Shown here in pieces: positions 31,162 to 48,960 of a stretch of DNA of 64,000 nt (the first letter of the stretch is position 1; every line of letters starts with the position of its first letter). The DNA lies in the NCBI GenBank assembly GCA_964016885.1, contig CAXHJY010001687.1, positions 124,001 to 188,000 on the forward strand, written 5' to 3'. Source of the stretch: Eledone cirrhosa (Eukaryota). Made by a program: the position numbers and the translations under genes. The notes beneath the pieces were generated by a model. That model searched no databases. It saw nothing but the letters and a program-made list of their open reading frames with translations, and was not told where the DNA came from.

Positions 31162-32545
31162 TCGTTTCTGAATTTGTTTAGCAAGAATCTTTATCTGAAA
31201 TCGTGTGTTGAAACCGATATTGTTATACTTTGGGAGGGTCATGTTGCCAATAAGAAACACACGCACCAGTTGCTTTCACTTCAATTTAATTTAATATATA
31301 TTTATAAATTTACAAAGTTATAAATTTCTGGTTGGTTGGTTGGTTCCACAACCAGATAGTTGTTTATATATATATAGTCATAGTTCTTTCGTCACACACT
31401 CTGTGACCTCTTCAGTGACTGGGGATTTCTTTCTTCGTTTCTGTGCCTTTCCTTTCTTCTATCCTACGTCATTTTGTTTGTGTGTGGGTTGCGTGCTCAG
31501 TTTGCGCATGCGCCCCATCCGGGTGTCTGTGTGTGTGTTTGTGTTCATTTTTCTATTTTTCTATTTATATTTGTTTGTTTATTTATTTATTTATTGTTAG
31601 ACCTGGTACCTCCGTAAAAACACTTATTAGCAAGACATACCCGTTCCAAAGACCCTCATGTATAGATAAGAAATGTATAACCTGTAAAATAAGCCCCCAT
31701 ATTAACTGTAAAACTAGAAATGTAGTATATAGCATAAGATGTACTGAAGGACAATGTAGAAACAAAAATATAGTGTACATAGGTGAGACAGCTCGTAGTA
31801 TAGGGGAACGAATAAATGAACACTGGCGAGACCTCCAAGATAGTAAAGAATCATCTGTGCTCTACCAACATGCTAAGATAGAACACAGGGGTAAATTAGA
31901 GAGCATAGAAATAAAAATAGAATCCACACACAAGAAAGACGCAATGTTTAGGCAAATTACAGAGGCAGTAAGCATAAAAGAATTAAAACCAAAATTAAAT
32001 AGAAAATATGAGTGGAACAGCAACATCACAACTTACAATTAAGGACAAAATGAAAACACACACACACATAGAACAAACAACTTACAATTGAAAACACACA
32101 CAAAATGAAAACACACACAAGACAAAATGAAAACACACACACACATAGAACAAACAACCAACCAACAATAAATAAATAAATAAACAAACAAATATAAATA
32201 GAAAAATAGAAAAATGAACACAAACACACACAGACACCCGGATGTGGCGCATGCGCAAACTGAGCACGCAACCCACACACAAACAAAATGGCGTAGGATA
32301 GAAGAAAGGAAAGGCACAGAAACGAAGAAAGAAATCCCCAGTCACTGAAGAGGTCACAGAGTGTGTGACGAAAGAACTATGACTATATATATATATATAA
32401 ACAACTATCTGGTTGTGGAACCAACCAACCAACCAGAAATTTATAAATTTGTAAATTTATAAATATATATTAAATTAAATTGAAGTGAAAGCAACTGGTG
32501 CGTGTGTTTCTTATTGGCAACATGACCCTCCCAAAGTATAACAAT
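31162..32545 (+). mobile_element. 5'-truncated PLE (GIY-YIG end about 31595-32042) with inverted pLTR 31162-31595; HHRs 32340-32384 (+) and 31376-31420 (-)
   Basis: CIDKKCITCK..CKTRNVVYSIRC..YIGETAR..QITEA; agtca-CTGAAGA-g gtcac..gtgac-GAAA-gaac-TA-tgact. Confidence 0.9.
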
Positions 32546-32580
32546 ATATATATATATTTATATATATATATATACATATA

Positions 32581-33073
<493 letters not shown>

Positions 33074-33160
33074 TATACATATATATTTATATATATATAT
33101 ATATACATATATATTTATATATATTTATTTATATTATATATATATATATATTTATATATT

Positions 33161-33219
<59 letters not shown>

Positions 33220-33232
33220 ATACATATATATT

Positions 33233-33977
<745 letters not shown>

Positions 33978-34028
33978 ATACCTATATATACATATATATT
34001 TATATATATTTATATATACATATATATT

Positions 34029-34172
<144 letters not shown>

Positions 34173-34194
34173 TTTATATATATATATTTATATT

Positions 34195-34225
<31 letters not shown>

Positions 34226-34285
34226 ATGTAACATATATATTTATATATATATATATTTATATATATATACATATATATATATATA

Positions 34286-37055
34286 GTTTTGCGAGGTTTT
34301 TTATATGAAATCGTGTGTCGAAACAAATATTGTTATACTTGGGGAGGGTCATATTTGTGTAATATTGCCAGAATTAATAACAGAACACACTCACTGTTTT
34401 GTTGGTTTTCGCTTCTCGCTTCTGTGTCTTTTATATCGGTAATTTAACTTACTCGGTCCTCAATGTTGCCATTGACTGTCCAATGGTCAAAAATAATACA
34501 GATACAATATAGACACAAACACATATATATAGTTTATCATAAATCTTTCGTTGCACACGAGCGAAATTGCACAACAAACACACGATGGGAGAGAGAAAAT
34601 CCTCAACGTTCACATGATGATGTGGACTGACATCCTAAAGCCAAGCAGACGCACTGCCAACAACTTCCAGGCGTCTAACAATGGCATACCACCCTTGTAT
34701 GGGCTCCGCAAAGACCACAAGACAGTCGACGACCCGACAACAGGACCACCAACAAGACCCGTATGCGGAGCTAATATAGCTAGCAACTACAGGATCTCCT
34801 ACTTCCTCTCAATGGTTATACGCCCCATAATCAAGATGTCCCCAGATGTATGTGACAGTACAGAGGACCTCCTCAGCAGAATCAGTGAGTGCAACAAAAA
34901 CAGGAGCCTATCCAACTGCATAATAGGCAGCATGGATGTGGTGTCACTGTACCCATCCATTAACATTGATTTTGCTGTGAAAAGATGTGTGGAGATGATC
35001 GTTGAGAGTGAGGTGGAGTTCTGCGACGTCGACACAGACGAACTGGGCCTCCTACTTAGACTTACCTATGACACTGACTACCTAGACAGCCATGACCTTA
35101 GATGTTTCTGCCCTAGTAGACCTATTAGAGGTAGACCCCCCCACCATAACCTCAATGGCAAAAAGGACTCCCATGGGAAGGTGGATTGGGTGGACCAAAG
35201 CTATACGGACCCCCCAAAACAATGATCAGGTAAGAAAAATGGTCGCACATGCAATAGGGGCTAGTATCAAAACTACCCTAAAGGGCCACATATTTAAGTT
35301 CAATGAGAAAATCTACACCCAAAATGAGGGAGCAGCCATCGGCGTCAGCATAGCTGGTGATGTTGCCAACCTTTTCATGGTATGGTGGGAAAGGAGACTT
35401 AAAGATCTCCTTAATGAAAGCTCCATAGACCTCATCATGTAATCTCGTTATGTAGACGATATCAATATAGTTATAAGAACACCCCCACTAGAGAGCACTA
35501 ACAAGTTTAATTTAGATCGTAGCACGATGGAAAGCATCCAGCAGATAGCTAATTCCATACACCAGAGTATAACTGTAACTATCGACTTCCCTTCCAACCA
35601 CCCTAACAATAGACTACCTGTATTAGACACAGAACTCTGGATTAACACTATAGACGAGAGAGCCCAAATTCTCCACTCACACTATGCTAAACCCATGGCC
35701 TCCAAATACCTGATACTCAAAAACTCAGCAATGTCCAATAGTGCTAAGTTTAATATTCTGATCGCAGATTTGGTACGAGTGATGAAGAATGTGTCCCGCA
35801 TGTGCGACCCAACAGAAATGGAAAGACACATCCAACACTTCATCAACCGCATGCAGTTCTCTGGCTACAACCAAAGAGACAGAGTCAGAGTATACGAAAG
35901 AGCCATGGAAAAGTATAAGACCCTCATAGAACTGGACATGAAAGGAATTTGCCCATTATACAGGAGCAAATCATGGAATAGCTTAGATAGGGCTAGACAT
36001 AAGATAGGGAAAGCCACCTCATGGTACGACAACCAGAGATACCAGAGTGTCATGTTTGTGGACGCCACCCCTGATGGGAAATTAGCTAACCAGTGTAGAA
36101 AGGCCCTGAGAAAGACCCACTTAAAAATAAAGGTGGTAGAAAAGCCATGAACCACCATAAAATCCCTGATCAGCAAAACCTACCCTTTTAAGAAAACCCA
36201 CTGTACCAATAGGAAATGTATTATATGTAAGGTGAACCCCCGGATAAACTGTAAAACTAGAAACGTAGTCTATAGCATAAGATGTACAGAGGGTACTTGC
36301 AGAAACATGACAACAACATACATAGGTGAGACAGCTCGTAGCATAGGTGAAAGGATAGATCAACACTGGGGGAACTACTATACGAACATGCTAGGCAACA
36401 ACATGACGGTAACATAGACAACATAGAAATTAGAATAATATCGAAACATAGAAATGACCCAACAGATAGGCAAATCAGAGAGGCCAGTGAAATAGAAATT
36501 AGAAGACCAAGGTTAAACAGAAAGAATGAATGGAATAACAACAACACCCAAACAAACAACACTGACCTAAGAGAAGTATAAATAAGTAAATAAAATAAAA
36601 TAAATAAATAAATACATACACAAGCACAATAACAACAAGCACATAAACACACACTAGTCACCCATCACACAGCAAACAAAACACTATACACACACGCAAA
36701 CGCATGCGCAAAGAAGACAAAATAAAATAAACAAACAAGCAAATAAATAAATAAATATATAGACAGACTGAATAAAAATGGCGTAGACATACAATACAAC
36801 AGGAGGAAAATATAACACCAATGACGATGTTGCAGATGTGCAACGAAAGATTTATGATAAACTATATATATGTGTTTGTATCTGTATTATTTTTGACCGT
36901 CGGTCAGTCAATGGCAACATTGAGGACCGAGTAAGTTAGATTACCGATATAAAAGACACAGAAGCGAGAAGCGAAAACCAACCAAACAGTGAGTGTGTTC
37001 TGTTATTAATTCTGGCAATATTACACAAATATGACCCTCCCCAAGTATAACAATA
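34286..37055 (+). mobile_element. 5'-truncated PLE of a non-Naiad clade (possibly Neptune-like) with inverted pLTR 34286-34558; HHR about 36818-36857
   Basis: GLRKDHK, DVVSLYPSI, QNEGAAIG, RYVDD, LPVLD, C-x4-C-x2-C linker, NVVYSIRC..YIGETAR; frameshifts and stops. Confidence 0.9.
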
Positions 37056-37089
37056 TATATATTTATATATACATATATATTTATATATA

Positions 37090-38100
37090 CAAATAAAATT
37101 ATCGAGAATCGAAACTTCGGCCCACGAAATAACGAAAAACAATCTCCGAAATGTGCGGCAAAGTGCTCAATGGTTCGGATGAACCAGAGCTATAACTAAC
37201 GTTTAATACCAAACACACTGAGACGATGTTTAAACAATCATTCGCACAGCCAAAAAATACGATGAAGTAATTCGAGTCAAACATAAAAATATACATGATT
37301 GAAAAATTTACCCGGACCCCCTGGAAAGGTGGTAAAATCCAGCATTTCTGTTTCTGCGACTCCGAAATCAGGTACCGTCCGCCTACATAAAAAATGTCCT
37401 GCTTCTGGTAAGATGATGAACAAGGATTTGCTTTTTCAACAGGCTTTTAGTTCAATAATACAGGGGAAGACTTTTACTGAATCCACGTGGGGATCAGCAA
37501 GGGAGGCAACCCTTATATTAGGCGAATGAATTCAGTGTGTATATTATTGTAAGAATACAAAATATCACAAATCGAATTAGAGTTCTCAACATACGGGTTA
37601 AAGTTTACATAAGCTATTCATCAGTCAATAGAATCAACTAAAAAATCAATAAAATTAACTGATCAATAGTTAGAGTCTGGAGATAAATATAAATAAAATT
37701 ATCGAGAATCGAAACTTCGGCCCACGAAATAACGAAAATCAATCTCCGAAATGTGCGGCAAAGTGCTCAATGGTTCGGATGAACAAGAGCTATAACTATC
37801 GTTTAATACCAAACACACTGAGACGATGTTTAAACAATCATTCGCACAGCCAAAAAATACGATCAAGTAATTCGGGTCAAACAAATAAAAATATACATGA
37901 TTGAAAAATTTACCCGGACCCCCTCGATAGGTGGTAAAATCCAGCATTTGGGTTTCTGCGACTCCGAAATCAGGTACCGTCCGCCTACATAAAAAATGTC
38001 CGGCTTCTGGTAAAGTGATGAACAAGGAATTCGCTTTTTCAATAATACAGGGGACTTTTACTGAATCCACGTGGGGATCAGCAAGGGAAGCAACCCCTAT
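37090..38100 (-). mobile_element. About 1.7 tandem copies of a 600-bp non-coding repeat (third copy 41506-42021 +)
   Basis: aaataaaattatcgag at 37091 and 37691; HHR-like core. Confidence 0.78.
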
Positions 38101-38199
38101 ATATAATTATATATATATATATTTATATATATACACGTATATATATATATATTTATATATATATTTATATATATATTTATATATATATATATTTATATA

Positions 38200-41100
38200 G
38201 TACAATTTAAAAAAATATGATCAACACTAATGTGTTTTTTTTGCAAAATGACAATAATTTTTTAGCCAGATAGAAATACCTTAATTCAAGTACATATAGT
38301 CCGCCTGTATCGATCTAGAAAATATTAAATATTAAATCTATACTTACAGACGTAAAATGGCAACTGCCTGGTGCCTAGACAAGTTTAAATTTCAAAATTC
38401 AAACCTTTTCAGCAAATCGGTCGGAACTTCAAAACATAAACCTGTTTCACAAGGGATGGTATACTAATGAAATAATTAATTAATTACGGAACAACTATTT
38501 ATAAAATAATTATTAGTGAAGTAATCAATTTTCTGTGATTTTCAATAGGCACCCAGATAAATTATAGTTACTTCTCCTAAGATAAGAATCTTAAGACTGA
38601 TCTGTTGCAAGCTTAATACATGTGCTTTTGCACACGACCTTCTCAGCATTCTGGCTCATATCAATGGCGCTAGAAATAACAGCCGTAAATATGGGATTAT
38701 GAATTCAGCTCTACCGAAGGAGCAGATTTATTTCAATTGAGTAGTCAAATACAATTATTAAGCTCTAAGAAAATACTTCTGAGCATTACAGTACAATTTA
38801 AAAAAATATGATCAACACTAATGTGTTTTTTTTGCAAAATAACAATATTTTTTAGCCAGATAGAAATACTTTAATTCAAGTACATATAGTCCGCCTGTAT
38901 CGATCTAGAAAATATTAAATATTAAATCTATACTTACAGACGTAAAATGGAAACTGCCTGGTGCCTAGACAAGTTTGAATTTCAAAATTCAAACCTTTTC
39001 AGCAGATCAGTCGGAACTTCAAAACATAAACCTGTTTTACAAGGGATGGTATACTAATGAAATAATTAATTAATTACGGAACAACTATTTGTAAAATAAT
39101 TATTAGTGAAGTAATCAATTTTCTGTGATTTTCAATAGGCACCCAGATAAATTATAGTTACTTCTCCTAAGATAAGAATCTTAAGACTGATATGTTGCAA
39201 GCCTAATACATGTGCTTTTGCACACGACCTTCTCAGCATTCTGGCTCATATCCATAGCGCTAGAAATAACAGCCGTAAATATGGGATTATGAATTCAGCT
39301 CTACCGAAGGAGCAGATTTATTTCAATTTAGTTGTCAAATACAATTATTAAGCTCTAAGAAAATACTTCTGAGCATTACAGTACAATTTAAAAAAATATG
39401 ATCAACACTAATGTGTTTTTTTTGCAAAATGACAATAATTTTTTAGCCAGATAGAAATACCTTAATTCAAGTACATATAGTCCGCCTGTATCGTTCTAGA
39501 AAATATTAAATATTAAATCTATACTTACAGACGTAAAATGGCCAGTGCCTGGTGCCTAGACAAGTTTAAATTTCAAAATTCAAACCTTTTCAGCAGATCG
39601 GTCGGAACTTCAAAACATAAACCTGTTTCACAAGGGATGGTATACTAATGAAATAATTAATTAATTACGGAACAACTATTTGTAAAATAATTATTAGTGA
39701 AGTAATCAATTTTCTGTGATTTTCAATAGGCACCCAGATAAATTATAGTTACTTCTCCTAAGATAAGAATCTTAAGACTGATCTGTCGCAAGCTTAATAC
39801 ATGTGCTTTTGCACACGACCTTCTCAGCATTCTGGCTCATATCAATGGCGCTAGAAATAACAGCCGTAAATATGGGATTATGAATTCAGCTCTACCGAAG
39901 GAGCAGATTTATTTCAATTGAGTAGTCAAATACAATTATTAAGCTCTAAGAAAATACTTCTGAGCATTACAGTACAATTTAAAAAAATATGATCAACACT
40001 AATGTGTTTCTTTTGCAAAATAACAATATTTTTTTAGCCAGATAGAAATACCTTAATTCAAGTACATATAGTCCGCCTGTATCGATCTAGAAAATATTAA
40101 ATATTAAATCTATACTTACAGACGTAAAATGGCCAGTGCCTGGTGCCTAGACAAGTTTAAATTTCAAAATTCAAACCTTTTCAGCAGATCGGTCGGAACT
40201 TCAAAACATAAACCTGTTTCACAAGGGATGGTATACTAATGAAATAATTAATTAATTACGGAACAACTATTTGTAAAATAATTATTAGTGAAGTAATCAA
40301 TTTTCTGTGATTTTCAATAGGCACCCAGATAAATTATAGTTACTTCTCCTAAGATAAGAATCTTAAGACTGATCTGTTGCAAGCCTAATACATGTGCTTT
40401 TGCACAAGACCTTCTCAGCATTCTGGCTCATATCCATAGCGCTAGAAATAACAGCCGTAAATATGGGATTATGAATTCAGCTCTACCGAAGGAGCAGATT
40501 TATTTCAATTTAGTTGTCAAATACAATTATTAAGCTCTAAGAAAATACTTCTGAGCATTACAGTACGATTTAAAAAAATATGATCAACACTAATGTGTTT
40601 TTTTTTGCAAAATGACAATAATATTTTAGCCAGATAGAAATACCTTAATTCAAGTACATATAGTCCGCCTATATCGATCTTGAAAATATTAAATATTAAA
40701 TCTATACTTACAGACGTAAAATGGCAACTGCCTGGTGCCTAGACAAGTTTAAATTTCAAAATTCAAACCTTTTCAGCAGATCGGTCGAAACTTCAAAACA
40801 TAAACCTGTTTCACAAGGGATGGTATACTAATGAAATAATTAATTAATTACGGAACAACTATTTATAAAATAATTATTAGTGAAGTAATCAATTTTCTGT
40901 GATTTTCAATAGGCACCCAGATAAATTATAGTTACTTCTCCTAAGATAAGAATCTTAAGACTGATCTGTTGCAAGCTTTTGCACACGACCTTCTCAGCAT
41001 TCTGGCTCATATCCATGGCGCTAGAAATAACAGCCGTAAATATGGGATTGGGAATTCAGCTCTACCGAAGGAGCATATTTATTTCAATTTAGTTGTCAAA

Positions 41101-41267
41101 TACAATTATTAAACTCTAAGAAAATACTTCTGAGCATTACAGTACAATTTAAAAAATATGATCAACACTAATGTGTTTTTTTTTGCAAAATGACAATAAT
41201 TTTTTAGCCAGATAGAAATACCTTAATTCAAGTACATATAATTGTATTTGACTACTAAATTGAAATA
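38200..41267 (-). repeat. Satellite-like array of 5.2 x about 591-bp units ending in a 27-bp inverted segment (41240-41267)
   Basis: Unit starts at 38200, 38791, 39381, 39972, 40563 and 41142. Confidence 0.93.
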
Positions 41268-41323
41268 TATTTATATATATATTTATATATATATATATTT
41301 ATATATATATTTATATATATATT

Positions 41324-41355
<32 letters not shown>

Positions 41356-41505
41356 TATATATATATTTATATATATTTATATTTATATATATATATTTAT
41401 ATATATTTATATTTATATTTATATATATATTTATATATATATTTATATATATTTATATTTATATATATATTTATATATATTTATATATATATTTATATTT
41501 ATATA

Positions 41506-42021
41506 TAACCCGTCTGTTGAGAACTCTAATTCGATATGTGATATCTTGTATTTTTACAATAATATACACTACTGAATTCATTCACCTAGTATAGGGGTTC
41601 CCTCCCTTGCTAGACCCCACGTGGATTTAGTAACGGGTTCCCTTGTATTATTGAACTAAACGCCCGTTGAAAAAGTGGTTTTCTTGTTCATCTTCTTACC
41701 AGAAGCCGGATATTTTTTATGTAAGCTGACGGTAACTGATTTAGGAGCCACAGAAACCCAAATGCTGGAATTTACCATCTTTCCAGGGGGTCCGGGTAAA
41801 TTTTTCATTCATATATATTTTTATTTGTCTGACCCGAATTTTCTTGGTCGTGTTTTCGGCTGTGCGAATGATTGTTTAAGCATCGTCTCAGTGTGTTGGT
41901 ATTTAAACGTTAGTTATATCTCTGGTTTATCCAAACTATTGAGGACTTTGCCACACATTTCGAAGATTGTGTTTCGTTATTTCGTGGGCCGAGGTTCCGA
42001 TTCTCGATAATTTATTTGTAT
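41506..42021 (+). mobile_element. Diverged copy of the 600-bp family with HHR candidate 41662-41797
   Basis: gcccg-TTGAAAA..(long II)..GAAA-ccc..ctgga..tccag..ggg-TC-cgggt. Confidence 0.7.
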
Positions 42022-42129
42022 ACATTTATATATATATTTATATTTATATGTATATTTATATATATATATATATAGATATATAGATATTTTATATAGATAT
42101 TATGTATATATATATTTTATATAGATATT

Positions 42130-42473
42130 CATCATCATCATCATTTCATTTTACGTCCGCTTTTTCCCTGCTTGCAAGGGTGGGATGGGAACTGATTCTG
42201 GCTTGATTTCTACAGCTGGATGCCCTTCCTGACACCAACCTCATTTACAGTTAGTGCTGGGTGCTTTTTTGCCGTGGCACCTACACAACCACTTTGCAGT
42301 GGAATGATAGGGACCTCAGACCCTATCATCTCATTTCTACAGCTGAGTAAACTGGAGCAATGTTAAATAAAGTGCCTTGCTCAAGGAAACAACACATCAC
42401 CCGGTCTGAGAATTGAACTCACAACCTTTCGATTGCAAGGCCAATGCTCTAACCACTAAGCCATGTGCCTCCA
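42130..42473 (-). mobile_element. Full-length CORE-type SINE
   Basis: Reverse complement of 25701-26043. Confidence 0.87.
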
Positions 42474-42544
42474 TTTTATGTATGTATATATATATATATA
42501 TAGGTATTATATATATATATAGATATTATGTATATATATATATG

Positions 42545-42995
42545 AGTGGGGAGACCCAAGATGACCTGGGATGAGGTGATAAAAGCCGACCTTACCCAAT
42601 TGCACCTCTCAAAGACAATGACACACGACCGTGACTTCTGGCGTCACGCAGTAATACAGAGTACCCGACCTCCCATGGGTACAAGCTGAAGCATATAGAC
42701 AATATGCCCCCACACACCCCTACCGCAAGGTGGTCGTGGAGGTGCCACGGCAAAAAAGCACCCAGCCCACAATGTAAAGTGGACGTGTAGGCGCCACGAA
42801 AAAGCACCCAGCACTCACTGTAAATGAGGTTGGTGTTAGGAAGGGCATCCAGCTGTAGAAATCAAGCCAAATCAGTTCCTGTATGAGCAAGGCATGGTCA
42901 GCCGACCAGACACTGCCCCCAACAGGACAACCCGTCTAACCCATGCTAGCGCGGAAGAACGGACGTAAAACGGTGATGATGATGATGATGATGAT
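42545..42995 (+). mobile_element. RTE 3' fragment (family of 54152-56595)
   Basis: Matches 56141-56595; (ATG)n tail. Confidence 0.88.
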
Positions 42996-43036
42996 ATATA
43001 TATAGATATTATATATATATATATATAGATAGATAG

Positions 43037-44705
<1,669 letters not shown>

Positions 44706-44775
44706 ATATATATATATATATATATATTATGAAAGTAAAACAAAGAAGCCTTCAATACATCAAAAGTCTTTATTA

Positions 44776-44813
44776 GCCAACAATGTTTCGTCCTATTAAG
44801 GACTCATCAGGGC
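44776..44813 (-). ncRNA. Canonical minimal type I hammerhead ribozyme
   Basis: gcc-CTGATGA-gtcc ttaata ggac-GAAA-cattg-TT-ggc. Confidence 0.9.
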
Positions 44814-45217
44814 AATTAAAACAACAAGAAGTATTATCGGCCAATACAAGCCGGAAACTCCGAAGAATATGGAGTGTACATACACTAAAGTATTGCAAGA
44901 TTATGGGTAAAAATATATAATAAAAATCACTAAGGAGGTGTATAACATTTAGAACCATATTACAAGCAAAAAAACCCTAGAGCTAAACAAAGGTGGTTAT
45001 ATAGAGCAGGAATTATATATAATACAATATAATATAATATAATATACTTTTACCAATATTAAAATTACAATAAAAATCAAAAGGTACAATATACATATGT
45101 ATATATGTACGCACACGTACGCACATATACACATACATCAATACACATATCCATCTTCAACAGCACAAATTAAACCTTATTAAGAGTTTAAATATAAATA
45201 AGCATGATAGGAATAAA

Positions 45218-45303
<86 letters not shown>

Positions 45304-46595
45304 ATATACCCAATATACATGAGGCAAAAATATTATAATATTATAAGTAGCACATATAATATATAATAAACTATACAATTATATACTATATAATATAATA
45401 GAATAGATAATCTCCGGTTAATTTACACAAACAATATAGATGTCACAATAATACTATAATAATAATATAATAACATATATAATATACAATATATAATGTA
45501 TAATGGCATTCAAGTTAACAAATCAATTCATATAGAGTTACAGAGTAGGTGAGGAAAAATAAATTGTACAATACCCAAAATTATGATGGTACAAAAATAT
45601 AAACATCTTCCATGATATATAAAGTTTAACATATCACAATGTTACATATAATCAGCGGTAAGTAATAAGGATCGATAGTACAGTAACAAATACAATATAA
45701 AATAATTAACATAATATAATATATAATTACTTATAATTACAAGGTTGGTAAACAGACATATGTGGATGAGTGAGTAAGGGCCAGACAGTAAATAGAATGC
45801 ACAGTAGTATTACAAATAAAATAAAATAAATAAATAGAATCAACCGGAAATTAAAAAACAAAAACAAAAGTATACATTTAGGTCTCACATGCCGTTAAGT
45901 AAAAACTTAGGAAATAACCCCGGTAAATGACTCGAAAACCCTATTTGATAAATTAATATTAAAAATATTTAAAATATCCAATAAGGCAATACAATATTAG
46001 CTATGGTTTAAGTAATCAAAGTTTATAAACGTTAATATTTCATTACAAATATTTACAAAAAGGAATGAAATTTTCTACTATCATATACATAACGATATCT
46101 AAAAAACTGACTTAAGCAGAATTATGGTAGGCTAATAGGGACAGAAATAAAGAAATATATGGAGGATACAAAGGAGCATAAAATCATAGTCAATATACTA
46201 TATTAAATAATAGAAAGGAGCGTAAAAGAGGGGGGGATTAAATATAATCATAATCTATTTGGAGGGGTTGACAATAATTTTATGTGCGCATAGGGGGAGG
46301 GGGAAGTGGGGGGGGGGGGGGGGTTATCCAAAGAAGAATCCAAATAAAAATAAAAATAAAATAAAATGAAATAAAATGAAATAAAATAAAATAATGTAAA
46401 ATATATAATCAGATATATACTCATAAGGTGTTAATAGTGAAAATTTAATGCGTAAGAAGATAGATATGGCATAGTAGCCAAAAGATTATGAGAGCTAGAA
46501 TAAAGAGTTGTCAAAAACCAATGATAATAATGATGATAATAATGGTGGTAAACAAAAAGAACCTAAACTAAAAAATAAGTAATGGAATATATCAG

Positions 46596-47549
46596 CTAAT
46601 GGATACAATTTATACTACTAGAACCTTTAGGTTTATAATAAAAGTAAGAATTAGAAATAGCGTGGGGGCAAGAAGAGAATATCTCAGACTTTCTATTAAG
46701 TAAGGATTCGCTAGAGAAAATTATAGAGTGTGTCTCGAGGATACAGAGATTACAAAATTTAGTATGTGTAGAAAGGTTATTAGAGCGTGCTACTAAACGC
46801 CAGTTAAGGCTATATGGTATATTAGCCCCCTTAAGATCCCAGATATAATGTGCTAAAGAAGTAGAATTCTTAAACTTAACATGTTTTAAATTAGAGATAT
46901 GAGAATTAAACCTAGTCTTAAAAGTGTTAGATGTAGAGCCTATATAAGTTCTATTAGAGGAATTAGTTATAACTACGCAAGCATAGACAATGTTCATAGA
47001 GAGGCAGTTACCGTTTAAAGGGCAGTTAGCACTCACTCTACAGTTACACTTCCGGGTGCTATTGGTTGGCTGAAGTGGTGATGCATTACACGTAGGATTG
47101 CTATTAGATAAGGTCTGTTCTGGTGGTAAGGCATTTCCAGATCTGTTCAGACTAGTAGTATGTAGAGAGGAGAATCCATCCCTAATTTTCCTATTGTTAG
47201 TGCTAGCTAAATGAGAACTAATATTAGGGGTGGTAGAGAATGAAAGTTTAATAACATTTTTATTAAAAATACTATGGTATTTATGAGAAGGGGGGAAATT
47301 TTTCTCTAAGATAGAAAAGAAAGACCTAGGGATATTAGTTAATACTTCCTGATTATATGGCGGGTTAAAATAAGTATTTAGTCTCCTTCTATTTTTATTC
47401 TTACCGACTCTACCATTATCTAATATCCCACCATCAAGACTAGGGTTACTACAAAGATTAGTTAAAACCGCATTATTAGAATCAGCCAAAATTCCATTAA
47501 GTCTATTACTGTTTCTACCTCCAGTAGATCTGCTGCTGTCTGGAATCAC
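46596..47549 (-). CDS. PLE C-terminal region: linker + GIY-YIG endonuclease (5'-truncated)
   Basis: YFNPPY, CNCRVSANCPLNGNC, NIVYAC..TYIG, CNLCILE, LLNRKSE. Confidence 0.85.
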   Translation of the reverse strand: MIPDSSRSTGGRNSNRLNGILADSNNAVLTNLCSNPSLDGGILDNGRVGKNKNRRRLNTYFNPPYNQEVLTNIPRSFFSILEKNFPPSHKYHSIFNKNVIKLSFSTTPNISSHLASTNNRKIRDGFSSLHTTSLNRSGNALPPEQTLSNSNPTCNASPLQPTNSTRKCNCRVSANCPLNGNCLSMNIVYACVVITNSSNRTYIGSTSNTFKTRFNSHISNLKHVKFKNSTSLAHYIWDLKGANIPYSLNWRLVARSNNLSTHTKFCNLCILETHSIIFSSESLLNRKSEIFSSCPHAISNSYFYYKPKGSSSINCIH

Positions 47550-47718
47550 ATCAAAAGGATTAGGGCCAATAATAGGATCAGTAGAAGCAACATTATTAGA
47601 ATTACTTTCATAATTCTTCGGCTCTGTTTAATTACATTGAGCTATACCTTTTACTGTCATTTCTATAATACGAAGAGGGTGTTTAACTCCAACACGCTCC
47701 AGTATTTTAACCCTTAAC

Positions 47719-47870
<152 letters not shown>

Positions 47871-47890
47871 GATAGATAGATATTATATTA

Positions 47891-48960
47891 TGAGATGGAG
47901 GGTCTGTGGTATTTCTCACATCTGGTTGGTCTCTGAATGTTACTTGTTTTATATGGAAAAAGTGGCTCGAAATGCCAGGTTTTTCGAGAAGTAATTTGAT
48001 TGGTTTGTCAATAATTATAATAAATTTCGCGCCAGTTCGCGTTACAATAATTCTTCAAATAAGAGGGGGGGGTTGTCACAGGTTGTTTTTTCATATATGA
48101 GTGTTTGAATTTCTTTTTACTTGAAAGAAGGAGGCTCACGAAGGCTTTTTTTTGGTTGGTTATAAATGAAATTATGGCTGTCACGTGAACAAATGTTCAT
48201 TAAATTTTTGTGCCCTTATTTGGAAATCCATTCTGTAGCCTTTTTAGAGAATTTTTTGATAACTGAAAGATAATGGTCAAGAGAAAGGGATGGGAGAATT
48301 GTTCTGGTTCAGTGAATATGGTTAGTTCGCTGGGGTGTCAGAATTCAGATTTTCTATTGAATAAAGATATGTGTGTTTATTTGTGTGCTTGTGTGTGTGT
48401 GCGTGTGTGTGTGTGTGTGTGTTTGAATATCTTTACTTTAAAAAAAGGTGGCTCACCAAGGCTTTTTTTTAATAAACGTGATTTGATTGGTTATAAATGA
48501 AATTTGACTGTCACGTGAACAAGTTTTCATTACATTTTTGCGCCCTTATTTGGAAAACTATTCTGTAGTCTTTATAGCGAATGTTATGACAATGGAAAGA
48601 TAGTGGTCAAGAGAAATGGGATTGGGAGAATTGTTCTGGTTCAGTGAATATGGTTAGTTGACAAACCAATCAAATTACTTCTCGAAAAACTTGGCATTTC
48701 GAGCCACTTTTTCCATATAAAACAAGTAACATTAAGAGACCAACCAGATGTGAGAAAAACCACAGACCCTCCATCTCAACTCACCTTTTGAAAAGCAGAA
48801 GAACTGCAAAACCGGTAAAGGAACCAAATAAATATATATATTTTTTTAAAAAATAAGACTCCAGTTGCATTTTCGATTTCATCTCTTTTTCTTTATACTT
48901 TCACTCGTGTAGGACACCTCGGTTATTTTTCATTTTGTAAAAAAAACCTCACTTTCTAAT
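47891..48960. mobile_element. Fold-back non-coding PLE-type insertion (minus arm 47891-48660 with internal duplication; plus arm 48661-48960) with mutated HHR 48784-48821
   Basis: Plus arm matches the reverse complement of 47891-48010 and 20890-21038. Confidence 0.78.

Noticed and set aside
37473-37537. HDV-like ribozyme suggested by tccacgt and ggcgaatg
   Set aside because: No P3 pairing around the putative L3, and P2 is not preserved in the 41570-41625 copy
41675-42010. 111-aa ORF recurring in the 600-bp family as a real peptide
   Set aside because: Frames and starts differ among the three copies and no motif is recognisable; recurrence reflects DNA repetition
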